Positions 39,013 to 51,999 of a stretch of DNA of 64,000 bases are shown here, in pieces. Source of the DNA: Carcharhinus amblyrhynchos (Eukaryota); assembly GCA_965287045.1 (NCBI GenBank), contig OZ336876.1, positions 2,356,001-2,420,000 of the forward strand, given 5' to 3'. Every line of letters begins with the position of its first letter. Position 1 is the stretch's first letter. Under the pieces are notes generated by a model. The model worked only from the letters and a program-made list of their open reading frames with translations, was not told the DNA's origin and did no database searches. The position numbers and the translations under genes were made by a program.

Positions 39013-39369
39013 ACGGTCGTATGCAGATTCCTGCCGATGTGTTCAGTGACTCTCCTCCACATTTTCGAGACAAAAGATTAGGATCTATAAAGCCAAGTTC
39101 CTCTCGGCATTTGTCTTGAAAAAAAAATCAGGTGGAATTGTAAAACACCTTACGCATATGTAATGCAGGTGAGAGATTTTTCAAAGTGGAACCTGTGCTG
39201 CCGTTAAGTAGCTTGTATGTCGTCAAACTTCAATTATCTGCCGTTGTCCTATTTTGGTTAATAGGAAGAGAGGTTCATTTTTTGAGGGGGGAATACACTG
39301 ACGAAAGCCATTTTAAAGGAGAACACCATTCTTGGCAAGAGAGAATTGTTAACAAATAAAATAACATTG

Positions 39370-40600
39370 AAGATTTGAAGGAAATATGGATGCTCTGCAA
39401 CTTGGTCAGAATAGATTAAAGGGAACAGCTAGATCTATCTCGTAATATTTGATTTTTTTTTTTTACGGAGTGCACACCATTGATGAAGGACAGCATTGAA
39501 TCAATATGATTAAAAGAGACGTGACAGTTAGTGTTTAAGTGACCAGCATCCTTAATGGGAGAATAAAGCTTCTAATTTTCCAACAATTCAAAGTGAGTGA
39601 TTTTCTGTTTTTTTTTAGTTGTTGTTACTTAGCAATAATAAATATATTCTGGAGTGGATATACATTAGCGTGGATGGTGTCACGTGCATGTAAGTAGTTT
39701 ACTGATGTTGCCACAACAAGATCCCCGAGGTGATTCCAAAGGGTATAAATTAAGGCGTTGGGAATGCATCAACTCAGAGTTTAACACAAAGACATTGCAG
39801 GCAACAGGAAAGAACACAACCTTTCATACTGAAAATGCTTATTAAACTTCAAAAAACAAAGACAATATTCTACACAGTCTTGCCATTGTCAGCGTATCTG
39901 CTAAATTACTAGAATCATTAAATTAGTGTAAATCTGTGAAACTTCTCGTTTCACACTCTGCTTTGTAATTTGATATGCTGATCTAGTGGACAGCAGTAGA
40001 CAGTCACCCAAATAATGACATTATTTTCTGATGACAAATGTCTTGAATTATGGCTTTTTTTATTTCTCAAATGATAATAAACTTGTTTGTAACTCGCAGA
40101 ATCCGAATTATCAATGACTTGCTCTTATGAAAGAGTATGTAATCTAAATGAAACGCTTGTGAAATTTCTCGAGGAATGCATTAGATGATGACACAGTAAA
40201 ATCAGATTTAAACATTTCTTCGTGTTGAAATTTTACGGATTGAGTGTCAGTGATCACGGTGCAATACCTGATCCCAATCACTATTTATTAATGGAATACC
40301 TGCCAGTGTGGAATACTATTTTGAGTGGGTCAAGCACCAAAGCGCAATATCTGAGGCACTGAACCTATGTTTCTGGAAATATCTGTTAGGATAGAGTTAC
40401 ATTGCACATGGGGCACTCACGAGTGGAATAATTGACCCCAGTGGTCATGCATTACTGGAAGTATCTGTCAGCACACATTTCTGTTGCAAGGGTGAATCAC
40501 CACTGGACCACAAATGACTGGAAATATCTCTCAATGGAGAATTGAATTGTGTGCGCATCAGTCACAAGTTTGAATAGTTGAATATTTCACCCCAGCAACC
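39370..40600 (+). repeat. Copy A of a ~1.2 kb segment duplicated at ~61920-63135
   Basis: Colinear blocks, e.g. gatgttgccaca...ccccgaggtgat.ccaaaggg...tgggaatgcat...cagagtttaacacaaagacattgc. Confidence 0.85.
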
Positions 40601-40689
40601 ATCCAACCGAGTGACAGCGTAGGTTCGAATGGCTGAATGGTCAATGCCTGTTTTTATATTCCTACAGCATACTGCTACTGACAAGGGCC

Positions 40690-41030
40690 GCATGGTAGCA
40701 CAATGGTTAGGACTGCTACTTCACTACTCTCGGGACCTGAGTTCGATTCTCAGCTTGGGTCACTGCCTGGGCGGAGTTTGCACATTCTCCTCGTGCCTTC
40801 GTGAGTTTCCTCCACTTGCTCCGGTTTACTGCCATACTCACAAAGATGTGCGGGTAGTTTGAGTGACCGTACTAAAATTACTACTTAGAGTCTTGAGATG
40901 CGTAGGTTGGAGGTATCAATGGGTAAATATGTAGATATATGGAGATAGAGACTGGGTGAGACTGTGGTCGGTGCAGACTCGAGGGGCCAAATGGCCTCTT
41001 TATGCTCTGTACGATTTCTATGATTGTAGG
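40690..41030 (+). mobile_element. SINE (HE1-like)
   Basis: catggtagcacaatggttaggactgct...gggacctgagttcgattc...ggagtttgcacattctcc...gggccaaatggcctc. Confidence 0.8.
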
Positions 41031-42504
41031 TCCTTACAACATTGGACCTATGGCCCAGAAATACATGCACCAATTGCTTGGCATTTACGATATGTAAACA
41101 GAACGATTGAAAATAGGGCCCGGCGTTTTGGACGCCCTGCCATCCGTATTGATAATGGTTGATTATCGAATTGAAATCCTTAATCGTGCTATAACATGGG
41201 TATCTCCTTCGTCCTGGGAGCTATATCCGTTTTGCAAATATGCGATGTTTTGGCCTCAGCGCTGGCCATGCAACCTCGGACTGTGACCCCTCGCTCCCCA
41301 CTATGGGGAACATCCTCTTTTAGAAGGCATGATATGGTAGTGTCTTCGTATGTTCTGTTCTTGCTTAAACACACATAAATACAAGAACACAAACACGCAC
41401 AGTCACACACATATTCACACACACACAAACACACACACACCCCCCAAACATTGATCTATTCTAATTTTGAAAATTGTATTTTAATTCCACTAGCTTTAAC
41501 TGTTCGATGTGAACCATGCCATGATGCTGACCTGAATCTGTGTTTTTTTAGAGTAGAGATATTATTACTGTTTTCGTCTCTCCGAATGAGAAGACATTCC
41601 CTCACTAGGTGGGAGGAGGCGTCCGCTTGAATAACGGAACCAAAATCCGAATGTTCAATTGCTGAGAGAGAGCTGCCTATACCATGGGGAGGCTGTAGTC
41701 TCTTCCCGCACCCCCCGAGCCCAACACAGAACACCTACATTTTCCCTTACCCTCCCCCTGAGGAGGAAGGGTCGGGTGAGGTGTGCAGTTTGTAAACCCC
41801 TAAAATCTACCCTCAAAACCTATCTGCCTTCACATGCATTCTTTAAATCCATGATATGGTTTGAATGATCAGTTACACATAAAATTCCAATTGCTGGTTA
41901 AGATTCCCCTGCAGTTCTAATACAGTTGACTATGATGCTTCGCGTTCTAATACATCAGTCCTTTATTTGTGTGGTTAAAAATTACATTCTCATCCAGGTG
42001 GGAATAACAGTCCTGCATTCCGCAAAGAAACCAAATCACAAAGCCTGCGACGTCGGTGAAAACAGTGCTTATATCTGTGGAATAAAATGGCCACATTTAA
42101 TTTCTGAAAAAAAAAAGTTTTTTTTTCGTGAGCTGATAGTTAAATTAACAATTAAGTTCTGCCAGCCTAATTTGCAATCGGCATTATGTTTCAATCGAAC
42201 GAAGTAAATGATATAAAATCGGGGGCGTCCAAATTAAAGGACCAGAAGCAATGAGAGGGGAGACTGGTAGTCGGCACCTGCGCGCGCCCGAGCGGCCGAA
42301 GAGCAAAAAAATTTACTCCTGTTTTCTTCCACAGGGATTTCAGGTACAGTTTCGGAAAATGGATCCACTCATATATTTTTGATAGCAAATATACCCCTTT
42401 ATTGTTTCAAAGGACTAGCACACAGGGTCGTTTTCATATTCTATAACCTACAAACAAATTAAGAACAGAGGCTGACTCGTTGTGATGTGAGAGATCTGGC
42501 AGTG

Positions 42505-42730
42505 CTGGAGCAGTGGTTAGCACGGCCCCCTCACCGCGCCGGGTACCCGGATTCGATATCTGGCTTGTATCTCAGTGTGGAACGTGCACATTCGCCCGTG
42601 TTTGCGTGTGATCCCTCTACTATCCGAAAAAAAAGTATAGGTTAATGCATTGGCCATGCCTAAGTCCTCCTTCCGTGTAACCCGAACAGGCGCCAGATTG
42701 TGGCGAATAGGGAGTTTTCAGGCATAAAAT
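42505..42730 (+). mobile_element. Decayed tRNA-derived SINE
   Basis: gcagtggttagcac...cccggattcgat...ccgaacaggcgccagattgtggcga. Confidence 0.6.
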
Positions 42731-43430
42731 AAAACAAAATATTTAACTCTAGCGGCTAACGTCAATGTCAATAATACAAAAAAAACAAGTGATTTGAAAT
42801 TCAAAGTTGCCCTGTTGGCTTATAAATTGACGGAACATGATGATGAAAGGATCTATTTCACCTGGGAGGAAGAAAATGACCCGTATTAATAGTTATTTCA
42901 TTTGATTTGATACTTATTTCATGTGATTTAAATTAGGAAAATGACTTATCATTTGCAATTTGCTTTTCTAAATAACTTTCTCTTGACTATATATGTAGTA
43001 TGCACAGGCTCGCCGTGTCAGCGTGGATTTCCTCCGGGTGCTCAGGTTCCCTCCCACCGTCCAAAGATGTGCGGGTTCGTTCGACTGGCCATGCTAAATT
43101 GCCCCTTAGTGTTAGGAGGGCTATCTGGAGTAAATGCTTCCATGGGGGAGACAATGAGGTAGTGCTACTGTCACTATCCTAGTAACCCAGAGGCCCAGGT
43201 TAATACTCGGGTTTAAATCGAAACGCGATGATGTTGAAATTTGGTTCAGTCCAAAAACAACCTTACTGCTCCTTATTCGCAATTTTCCAATACGGTTTGC
43301 AGGTTTTCCAATTCTAGTTGAATAGTGCGCAACTGTCCCTACTGACATCCATCTTCATAAGCTTCCTGGTTGTGGGGAAGGTCTGAGTAGACAGATGGGA
43401 ATGAGTCACACAACCTTCGTTTATACACAC

Positions 43431-43735
43431 GTCAATGGAGGGCAATCCGTGTCAGATCGTAAACTATGCCTTGAAGCCCATCGAAGCTAACAGAAATCAA
43501 TGCATGCAGCTGTTCCAAGTAAATCGGCATTTCTATTCTCCTGCGTTCTTTACTGGCGATGTTAACGGAAAAGAAATGCTAGAGAGACCTGTTTGTAAAA
43601 CACTTGTCCACCCATTTTCCAACATCCTAATATTTAAAACATAGACCGATTGTGTTGCACCTGCAAGTGTAGAAACCGAATGTTTCCATTAAAAAAACCC
43701 TGATAATAATTATTTTGCCAGCCATTGACGTTATT
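43431..43735 (-). pseudogene. Degenerate Ig-domain pseudo-exon
   Basis: Minus strand: ttcctaattccactag| acceptor, SGFF...SVS.TC (frameshifted), ISFPLTSPVKNAGE*KCRF, |gtgtgt donor; Cys spacing about 46 codons as in Ig2. Confidence 0.5.
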
Positions 43736-46700
43736 CTAGTGGAATTAGGAAATGTCGTGTGTACCAAGATGCATGTGTATTTACCTGCCTATAATCATAA
43801 CTCTATATCAGATGCAGTGGTGAGGAAGAAAAACAACAGAATCTCGGAAAATGTCAGATTGTTATGACGAAGACTATTCATACAGTCGTAAATATATTGA
43901 TAAAAGTTCATGTATTCGCGTTACAAGTAGGCTTAGAGTAACACTGCAATGACACTGTTGTGAAAATTCCGTAGTCGACACACTTCGGTACCTGTTTGCT
44001 TACACTGAGGGAGAATTCAGCTTGGCCAATTCACCGAACCAGCACGTCTTTCGCACGTCCTTTAGATGCTATCATGGAGTTGGGATCCATTTGCATTCCC
44101 GTATCAGCACTGATTTTCTACAAGCGTAACACCGTTGACCAATTCCGCCCGTCCTTTCCCCTAATGATCACTATGCACACCCCACAGTTCCTTGTATGAA
44201 TATTATATTGTATTTGAAGACAACGATTGAAAATGCACCCACCACACTGCTAAACAATTAGTTGAAGTCGTTAAGCAAACACTGCACGAAAACAAAACAA
44301 ACGTTTCTGTGTTTTCCCACATGTTCCCCTTCCATCTGTTATCATTGAGCACTGGATAAAACTTATGTATATCTGCACTGTCTGGGCCAGCTAATCATTT
44401 CAAAGATTTCCAACAAATATCCTTTGAATCTCAACATCTCGAAAGGACATCAAAACTTGATTTTCCAAAGCATTCGCTTAAATGAATCTCCCAACAGCCT
44501 TGGTACAATTCAGTCTCACCTTTCCAGAAATATATTTATAGTGATTTGGACATAAGCGTGCTCAATGCTCCACTGACTTCAAGTAAGAGCATGTCGTATA
44601 AATGTTACCATCATGTAACTGTTAGCAACTGTGTTTCAATTATGAAATCTTCCAAACACGTATGTTTTGGTTTTTTTCATCACCCATTCTATCTCTCTTG
44701 TCCCTTTCAATATCCAGTGACAAACACGATCAGTTCGTTATGTGATTTGACTCCCAGTAGAATTTCATCTTTTTATGTTGTCTCGCATTTTTCTTGGAAA
44801 TAAATTGCTCTTCGCGTTCTTCTGCATCGGTTTAAATCTGCTCAGTTCCTTTGGGATCAGCAAATGGTTGTCCTCACAAACAGAAAACCTATTTCATTAT
44901 CGTTCACATTGCCTCCAACTTTAATGTTGCAGAAATTATTTCGCATAAGTTATTCATGCAAACAACAATCACATAGGTAATGAATCTGCGCACGCTCGGG
45001 ACAGTACCACAATTCCAGACTGTTGCTTTTTCCTAATGGTTTGGAGAAGTTGATGTTGGGCTGTGAGCGAAATGTGACACCAAATAAAAACAAAACAGAG
45101 AAAGTTCGTTGTAAGGCTTATTTTAAGAATGTCCCCATCCTGATAAGACCGGAACTCGTTTCAAAACCCTTCCATTATGAATGTAATCAGCCAGGGAACT
45201 TTGAGCTACTTAAGCTAGTAGAAGCACGTTGGTATAGGAATTATTTCAAGTCACTTCCCACATCCAGTGGTGCACAATGGTTGATTGCTGATTCCATAGT
45301 TATTAGTTCACGCAGCAGTGTCGCGAGGCTGCAGCCAGGAACTGATAGCTTGAGGGACATCAATCCTCGTCCAGTCGTACTGACAAGCAATTTCTCCCGG
45401 GGCTCTTGTCTGCAGCCATTGGTGGACTTGGAGGGATAACAGACTGACATGCTTAAAGTGGGAACAAAACAACCATTGCGTCAGGGGATAGATCGGAAAA
45501 AAGCACGAGAAAAATAATTTTAAAAAACTCGTGCATTCTATTAACCGGCTGGAATGATCGTTATTGTTCTTCTTAGAGTTCGAGCACACATATGACATGA
45601 TGACGTTCACCGATACATGCACAGATTCACATGACTGTTTGACAAGGCGTCAATCGACCATATAAATCACCATAAAATAGCACTGCGTCTATTTCAGCTC
45701 CTATATCCGTTGATGTTATTTCTCAGATCCTCTGTGGTTACTAAACATCTGTTTTCGAATCTCGCTCAAAACTGTATCAATGTATTTTATATATATCATT
45801 TCTCTCGATTTCAAAATGGTGACGTTTCCAAGTACCAGATAATTCTCTTCGCCTAGGTGTTGAATCTAAACCGCTCGTGTGATACGTTTATCTCGTCTTG
45901 TGTCCTATATCATTCCTTATACAAACCAATGTAAGTTAATATCTTGGTAATGAAGGCTGAGGAAAACAACAGAACATGCCAATCCTTACGGGGATGAGTC
46001 TGTCGTCTTGTATGTGCAGATGGGATGGTCCACATAACCGAGCCCAAATGAAGACATTTCTTCCTGCATCCTATTAACATTTAACTGTCAGATTGAACTG
46101 TCAGTTCATCTGCGCCCATTCAATAAATATAACTGAAAGCAGACAACTTTTTTTGAATATTTATTCATGGGGTGTTGCTGCCGTTTGGCTAGACCAGCAT
46201 TTATTGCCTACCCTAGTTGCCAATGAGAAGGTGGTGGTGATTTGTCTTCTTGAACCGTTGCAGTGCACAAAGTGTAGGAAATATTATGACTGTGTGACGA
46301 ACACAATTTTTAATTTCTTTACTGTATTACTTTATTTTCAATGTTGCACTTTTGATTGTTTGAGGGAGTGTGTATTATTATGCCCGTGTTTCTCCTCTCT
46401 GCAATAGTTGTTCTATTGCTATTTTTCACACAAATGATACTGAATCAGTATCAATCCCGCAGGCATCACTTGATCTGAATTTGAGCGGATCACACATCTA
46501 ATCGCTGCCTCACTTCTTGTTTAATTAATATAAAAAATGTTTGAAAATTCCTCATTCTGTGTTAACTATACTAAGGGCTATCAGTGAGACTTCATGAGGC
46601 GCTTTTGAGATAACTATCATTATTTTCTGATGCTCCCAACGGTTAATTCGGTTTAGTCACCCGGCACTGAGCCCTGAGTTAGAGCTGCGTCTCAAACAAG

Positions 46701-46990
46701 AATAGTGGTATGACAAGGTGATAGCTGCACTGTGTTCATTCCGCAACATGGTTAATCCTCACAATGTTAGAATGTTTAATCGAATTGCGACTGCAATACT
46801 TTTATTACATACGTTTGAAATGAAACACAAAAAGCCGTTATACCATTATGTGGAGCGAATGCCAAAAATGTCACGAGTAAAAATGACCACAAGTTTTTTC
46901 TTTGCCTAAGCTGTATTGGAAGAACACCTAATGTTTGTTGCTAAGTGAAATGCAGGATGCGGTTTGATTTTAGTGGTAACGCAAACGTGA

Positions 46991-47840
46991 ACATAAGAAC
47001 ATAAGAAATAGGAGCAGGAGTAGGCCATCTAGCCCTTCGAGCCTGCCCCGCCATTCAATAAGATCATGGCTGATCTGTCGTGGCTCAGTTCCACTTTCCC
47101 GCCCTCTCCCCATAACCCTTAATCCCCTCTCTTATCAAGAACCCATCAACCTGCTTCTTAAAAATATTTAGCGAGGCAGCCTCCACCACTTCAACGGGCA
47201 GAGAATTCCAGAGATTCACCACCCTTTGAGTGAAGAAGTTCCTCCTCAACTCCGTTCTAAACCGCCTCCCCTTTATCTTGAGGCTGTGCCCCCTAGTCCT
47301 ACTGTCTTTTTTGAGCGGGAAGAGTCTCTCCACCTCTATCCTATCCATCCCATTCATCATCTTATACGTCTCAATGAGATCTCCCCTCATTCTTCTAAAC
47401 TCTAACGAGTACAAGCCTAGTTTATTCAGCCTCTCCTCATAACTCAATCCCCTCAACTCCGGTATCAGCCTAGTAAACCTCCTTTGCACTCCCTCCAGGG
47501 CCAAAATATCCTTGCGTAAGTACGGCGCCCAAAACTGCACACAGTACTCCAGCTGCGGCCTCACCAATGCCCTATACAGCTGCAGCAAGACCTCCCTACT
47601 TTTATATTCAATCCCCCTCGCTATGAAGGCCAGCATCCCATTCGCCTTCCTGACCACCTGCTGCACCTGCAAGCTGGGTTTTTGCGATTCATGCACAAGG
47701 ACCCCGAGGTCCCTCTGCACCGTCGCCTGCTGCAGTTTTTCGCCACGTAAGTAATAGTCCTTCCTACCATTCTTCCTACCAAAGTGGACCACCTCACACT
47801 TGCCAACATTAAATTCCATTTGCCATTTCCTGGCCATTCG
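46991..47840 (-). mobile_element. Young 5'-truncated CR1 LINE, close sibling of 33799-34779
   Basis: ORF 47085-47876 ARKWQMEFN...GKWN; tail acataagaacataagaa. Confidence 0.95.
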
Positions 47841-48229
47841 CAACATTTCACAATTCCAATAACGGCTCTTGTTCATAATGGTGCTTCATTGTGTTCATTA
47901 AAAATGAACTCGAACCCCTCATGTGAGAATTGTTACCGATCTTTCGATGTTTCATATTGGAGGTGCAGCTTTATACATGGCAAGAATGGACTAAGCCCGT
48001 CTGTCCGTTCGTCCATTCGTATGCATTCCTGTCTATCCCAACGTTAGTTCCCTTATTCAATAAATACTCCATGCAATCTTCATCAGTTAATCCACGTGCA
48101 ATTGTTCGCTAAAATATGCACCTATATTAAATCCTACGCAAAACCATGAACGTTTTAAATAAACTGACGAACTTTGGTTCTCACGGAATGTTTCATTTCA
48201 TATAGAATTCTCGAATGAACAAATCACAG

Positions 48230-48540
48230 AAACTCTACAGTAGGAGAAGAAGCTCATTCAGCCCATCGAGCCTGCACCGATAACAATCCATCCAGACCTG
48301 ATCCCACAAATCCCACGCAAATGCTCTGTCAATCCCCCTGACACAAAGAGTCAATTTAGCATGGCCAACGAACCTAACCATCATATCAATGGAGTGTGAG
48401 AGCAAATCGGAGCAGCAGGAGGAAACCCATGCAAATGCGGGGGCATTTGCAAAATCCAAACAGTTACCTAAGGCTGGAATTGAACTCGGATCTCTAGTGT
48501 TATGAAGCAACAGCGTTAAGCACTTTGCCACCGTGCTCCG
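48230..48540 (-). mobile_element. SINE (HE1-like)
   Basis: gtcaatttagcatggccaa...ggaggaaacccatgca...ggaattgaactcggatctct...tgccaccgtgc. Confidence 0.75.
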
Positions 48541-50102
48541 GGTAAACACATCGAACACATCTATCACATTTTCTTCTTAGGCTTCACTGTCCTCAGAAAA
48601 AAAAACTGCAACTTTGAAAAACTCTCCAACTAAATACCTCGCCTCACATTGGTACTCTTTCAGCTATCTGCAATCGCTTTCCTCTTCTAGCAGATGGGGA
48701 ATCCTTCAAAAAATATGATGTATGAAATTTAAGTCAATATTACAAACAGGTCTCAAATCGGGTTTAGAATTATTCAGGCCGCCACAACCTGACGCTTATG
48801 AGAATGCAGCAAAGCAGCTCTGAGTTACATTTAGACGCCTGTTAGTGTAAGCGCCTGGGCGTATGCAATCTAAAGACATTATATTTTTGAACCAACTTCC
48901 AGACATATACCAATTAAGTCATAGTTTCTCTCCACATTCTTCCTCAAGTTTACATATATCGTTTATTCCGTCTGTTTTAATGACATATATCTCCGTATGT
49001 CAAGAATGTTACTATGTTCTCCGATATCAGCCGCTACCCATCGCTTTACGGATTTCATTGCCCGGAAGCCTGTCATCTTCGGCACATGAAATGGTGTCCT
49101 GTGTGCAGATCTGAAGGTCAATAATGTTGAACTAAGGCACTAATATACTACTATTAACCACTGGAGAACATCTGCCTTCCGTCCTTTTAGCGAAATTCAT
49201 AAATTCCCAATATTTTTCAATTATGTTTCATAATCCGTCATGTGATACTTCCTACAGATCCTTTGAAGGTCTGTGTCCATGTTAAAAACACTAATCTCGT
49301 CGACATTGCATTAATATATCAACATAAATATAATTAATTCCGATTTTACGTTTAGTACAATGTAATGTCGTCAAAAAATGCCTTGTGCTTTTTTTTCATT
49401 CTTTCATGGGATGTGAACGTTGCTAGAATGCGCAGCATTTAGTGTCCATCCCTAAATACACTTGCACACTTGTTGCACGGTTTCAAAGGTAAGTTAAAAG
49501 CCATCTATATTGCTGTGATTCTCCGGCCAGATTAAGGCCAGGTCAACAAGAATGGCAAATTTCATTGTCAAAGTGCTTTGGTGAAACAGATTGATTTTTG
49601 CATCAAGACATAGACGCCTCACGATAACCATTATTGTGTCAAGATTTACATTTCAGATAGTTTATAAATTGAGTTTACATTCCAACCGGACCCCTGGTAA
49701 GTTTTGTAAGAATTCCCGAAAACCATATGCAGGACTTTCGGAAGGACCAGTTGTACTGCCAAATTGTCACCGTTTCAAATTGTCAGGAAATAATATTGGC
49801 TTTCTTTGTTTGGTATTTCCCATGCTAAATTCTGCCGTAATTGCGAATTGTTTTCAGGTTACTTCTGTTTTCATTTCTGCTTTTAAATTAGAACTGATCT
49901 TAACCACGCTGTAACCATCCACCACCGACCACCCCGCCCAAGCCAAAAGATACTCCAAAAAGTAAAGTAGGGTAGATATCAAAATTTGAGGAAGTAATAC
50001 AAATGAAATGAATTCTCACATTGTTTTACTTACCTAGCCCGGCGTGACACCCAGGCAGCTCGATCGAATTAAGATACAACAGGTTATGTTTTTCCCCTGC
50101 AG

Positions 50103-50402
50103 AAATTTGTTTGTGTTCTCATATGTTAAGTCAGAAGTGGACTAACGAGGAATTTGCAATTGGAAATCCGTTTTGGCTGTGGAGGCAAATTGACAACACC
50201 TGTTCGGCTACTAGTAAAATTCAGGGTTATTTTATTCAATTTCAAAGGGTGCACATCAAGACAAAAGCCAATGCAATATTAGTGGTATTTCCGGGCCATT
50301 ATAAATGGAGATCGCAAAGCATTTTAGTTACAAGAAACTCGTTGAATTCTGGAAATCTTTCCACCGGTACCTGTCGACGGAGGCCTTACGTGATAGAAAT
50401 GT
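50103..50402 (+). pseudogene. Divergent Ig-like exon (open, phase 1-1, second Cys replaced by Trp)
   Basis: gtttttcccctgcag| and |gtaagt, exactly 300 nt with no stop; NTCSATS...FIQFQR and PGHYKW resemble TMTCTAPS...FQFYR and GQYQC of Ig1. Confidence 0.45.
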
Positions 50403-51574
50403 GTAAGTTAATTGCAGCGACACATAATGGAACAAAGATAATGCCTCTCAGTTGTGGTTTTAGTCGAATGGATTATGAATCTGTGCCGATGAGCTGAATG
50501 CATTAATGTTTTATTTTTTTAAAATTCTCTGCCAACCAGAATAATACCGTGTTTGGGAGATATCCTCACAACCACCAGGTCGGTAACCAGTTCAAATATA
50601 ATTAACTATTCGCCATGCTTTCCGTGTACAGACCAAGCATGATAGGATATACAGACCATATCATAATAGCGTTATAATATTGTCAAATTAAATTGATATG
50701 TCATTTGTTTGTCGGTTCCAAACAAATCTACGATTATCATGTCAAAATGTGCTTGACTGTATCTTGCCCGAACTCAGAAATGTCTATTTCCTCATGGATT
50801 GTAACCAATCGCAAAGGTATTAAGGAAGAAAAATGAGCTCATCAGAAACAATCTGACACCATGGAGCCGTATGCTGAAGGTCGCATACATATTTCACTAA
50901 ATATTTGGTGTTCGAAGGAATTGCAAGTGTAATCACGTTATATTTCAATTTCAATATGGCCGTTCTTAAAAAAAAACTCTTAATGGGACTTATATAACTT
51001 CGATAATACAACGTAGCTATACAAGAAAGAATCATGTCGCTTATATATGTTTAATGCCACCTTGACAGTGCAGTGAAAGCTGTTCTCAGCTTGATCCGTG
51101 TTCCATTTTGGAGGAGCTGAAACTGGCCTTTGTTGTACTCAGTGAAATGAGCCGAAGAAAAGTTAATTCAAGGGTTTACCTGATACTTCATCCATCTAGC
51201 CAACTTGCTGTAGCAACTGAATGGCCCAGGCCAAGTAAGATCCGTTGCATCTTGTTTCGGAATGGTATTGGTGTATCATTTCATCAGCCTGAAAGCCGTC
51301 AGGACATACCTGTAGAATTAAAATGGATTATGATTGTAAGACGTTTAAAAACACACGTATAGCCAGTAGAAGAGTACAGAATTTTCGACAGGCCAGGTAT
51401 TAATGCGCTACACCACCACTCAGCTACCCCACCCCATCATCACTTCAAGAATCACAATGTTCATATTTACATTTACCTTCCCCATGTGCTTGTCTACTTT
51501 CGCTCATGGCAAGGAAAAATAAAGCATTACAACGCAAAAAAAGGGTAATCGTTCATTTGCCGTCTTTTTTATTT

Positions 51575-51865
51575 GTTATTTTATCGTCACAAGTAAGCTT
51601 ACAGTCACAATTAAATGAACGTACTGTGAAAATCTCCCCGCCACCACTCTCCGACGCCTGTTCAGGTGCACTGGGAGAAAATTTAGCATGGCCAATTCAC
51701 CTTAACTGCACATGTATGGACTGTGGGTGGAAAAGCATCCGAACGAACCCACGCAGACACAGCGAGAACGTGCAAACTCCACACAGACATTGACACAAGC
51801 AGGGAATCGAACTGACACCTCTGAAGCTGTGAAGCAGCAGTGCTAATTAGTGTGCCGTCGTGCCA
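51575..51865 (-). mobile_element. SINE (HE1-like)
   Basis: aatttagcatggccaattcacc...aacgtgcaaactccacacagaca...gggaatcgaac...gcagcagtgctaa. Confidence 0.8.
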
Positions 51866-51999
51866 TCCTGCCAGTGCTGAATATGTATATGTTTGTGTGC
51901 CAGGTCTGAATATAGTTACCTACTTAAATGCCAGACTGCAGCCTTCAGCCACAATGCTAATATACTTCGCTCCTTATTTGGCTATGCAATTTGTATTTG

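Noticed and set aside
40250-40600. CRISPR-like or regular tandem array
   Set aside because: Eukaryotic context; irregular degenerate sub-repeats without constant repeat-spacer structure
41196-41378. Signal-peptide-like ORF MGISFVLGAISVLQ
   Set aside because: No splice donor or downstream partner; likely chance
47841-47930. FTIPITALVHNGASLC as the second half of an Ig exon broken by CR1
   Set aside because: No Tyr in the GxYxC position and no recognisable first half on the other side of the CR1
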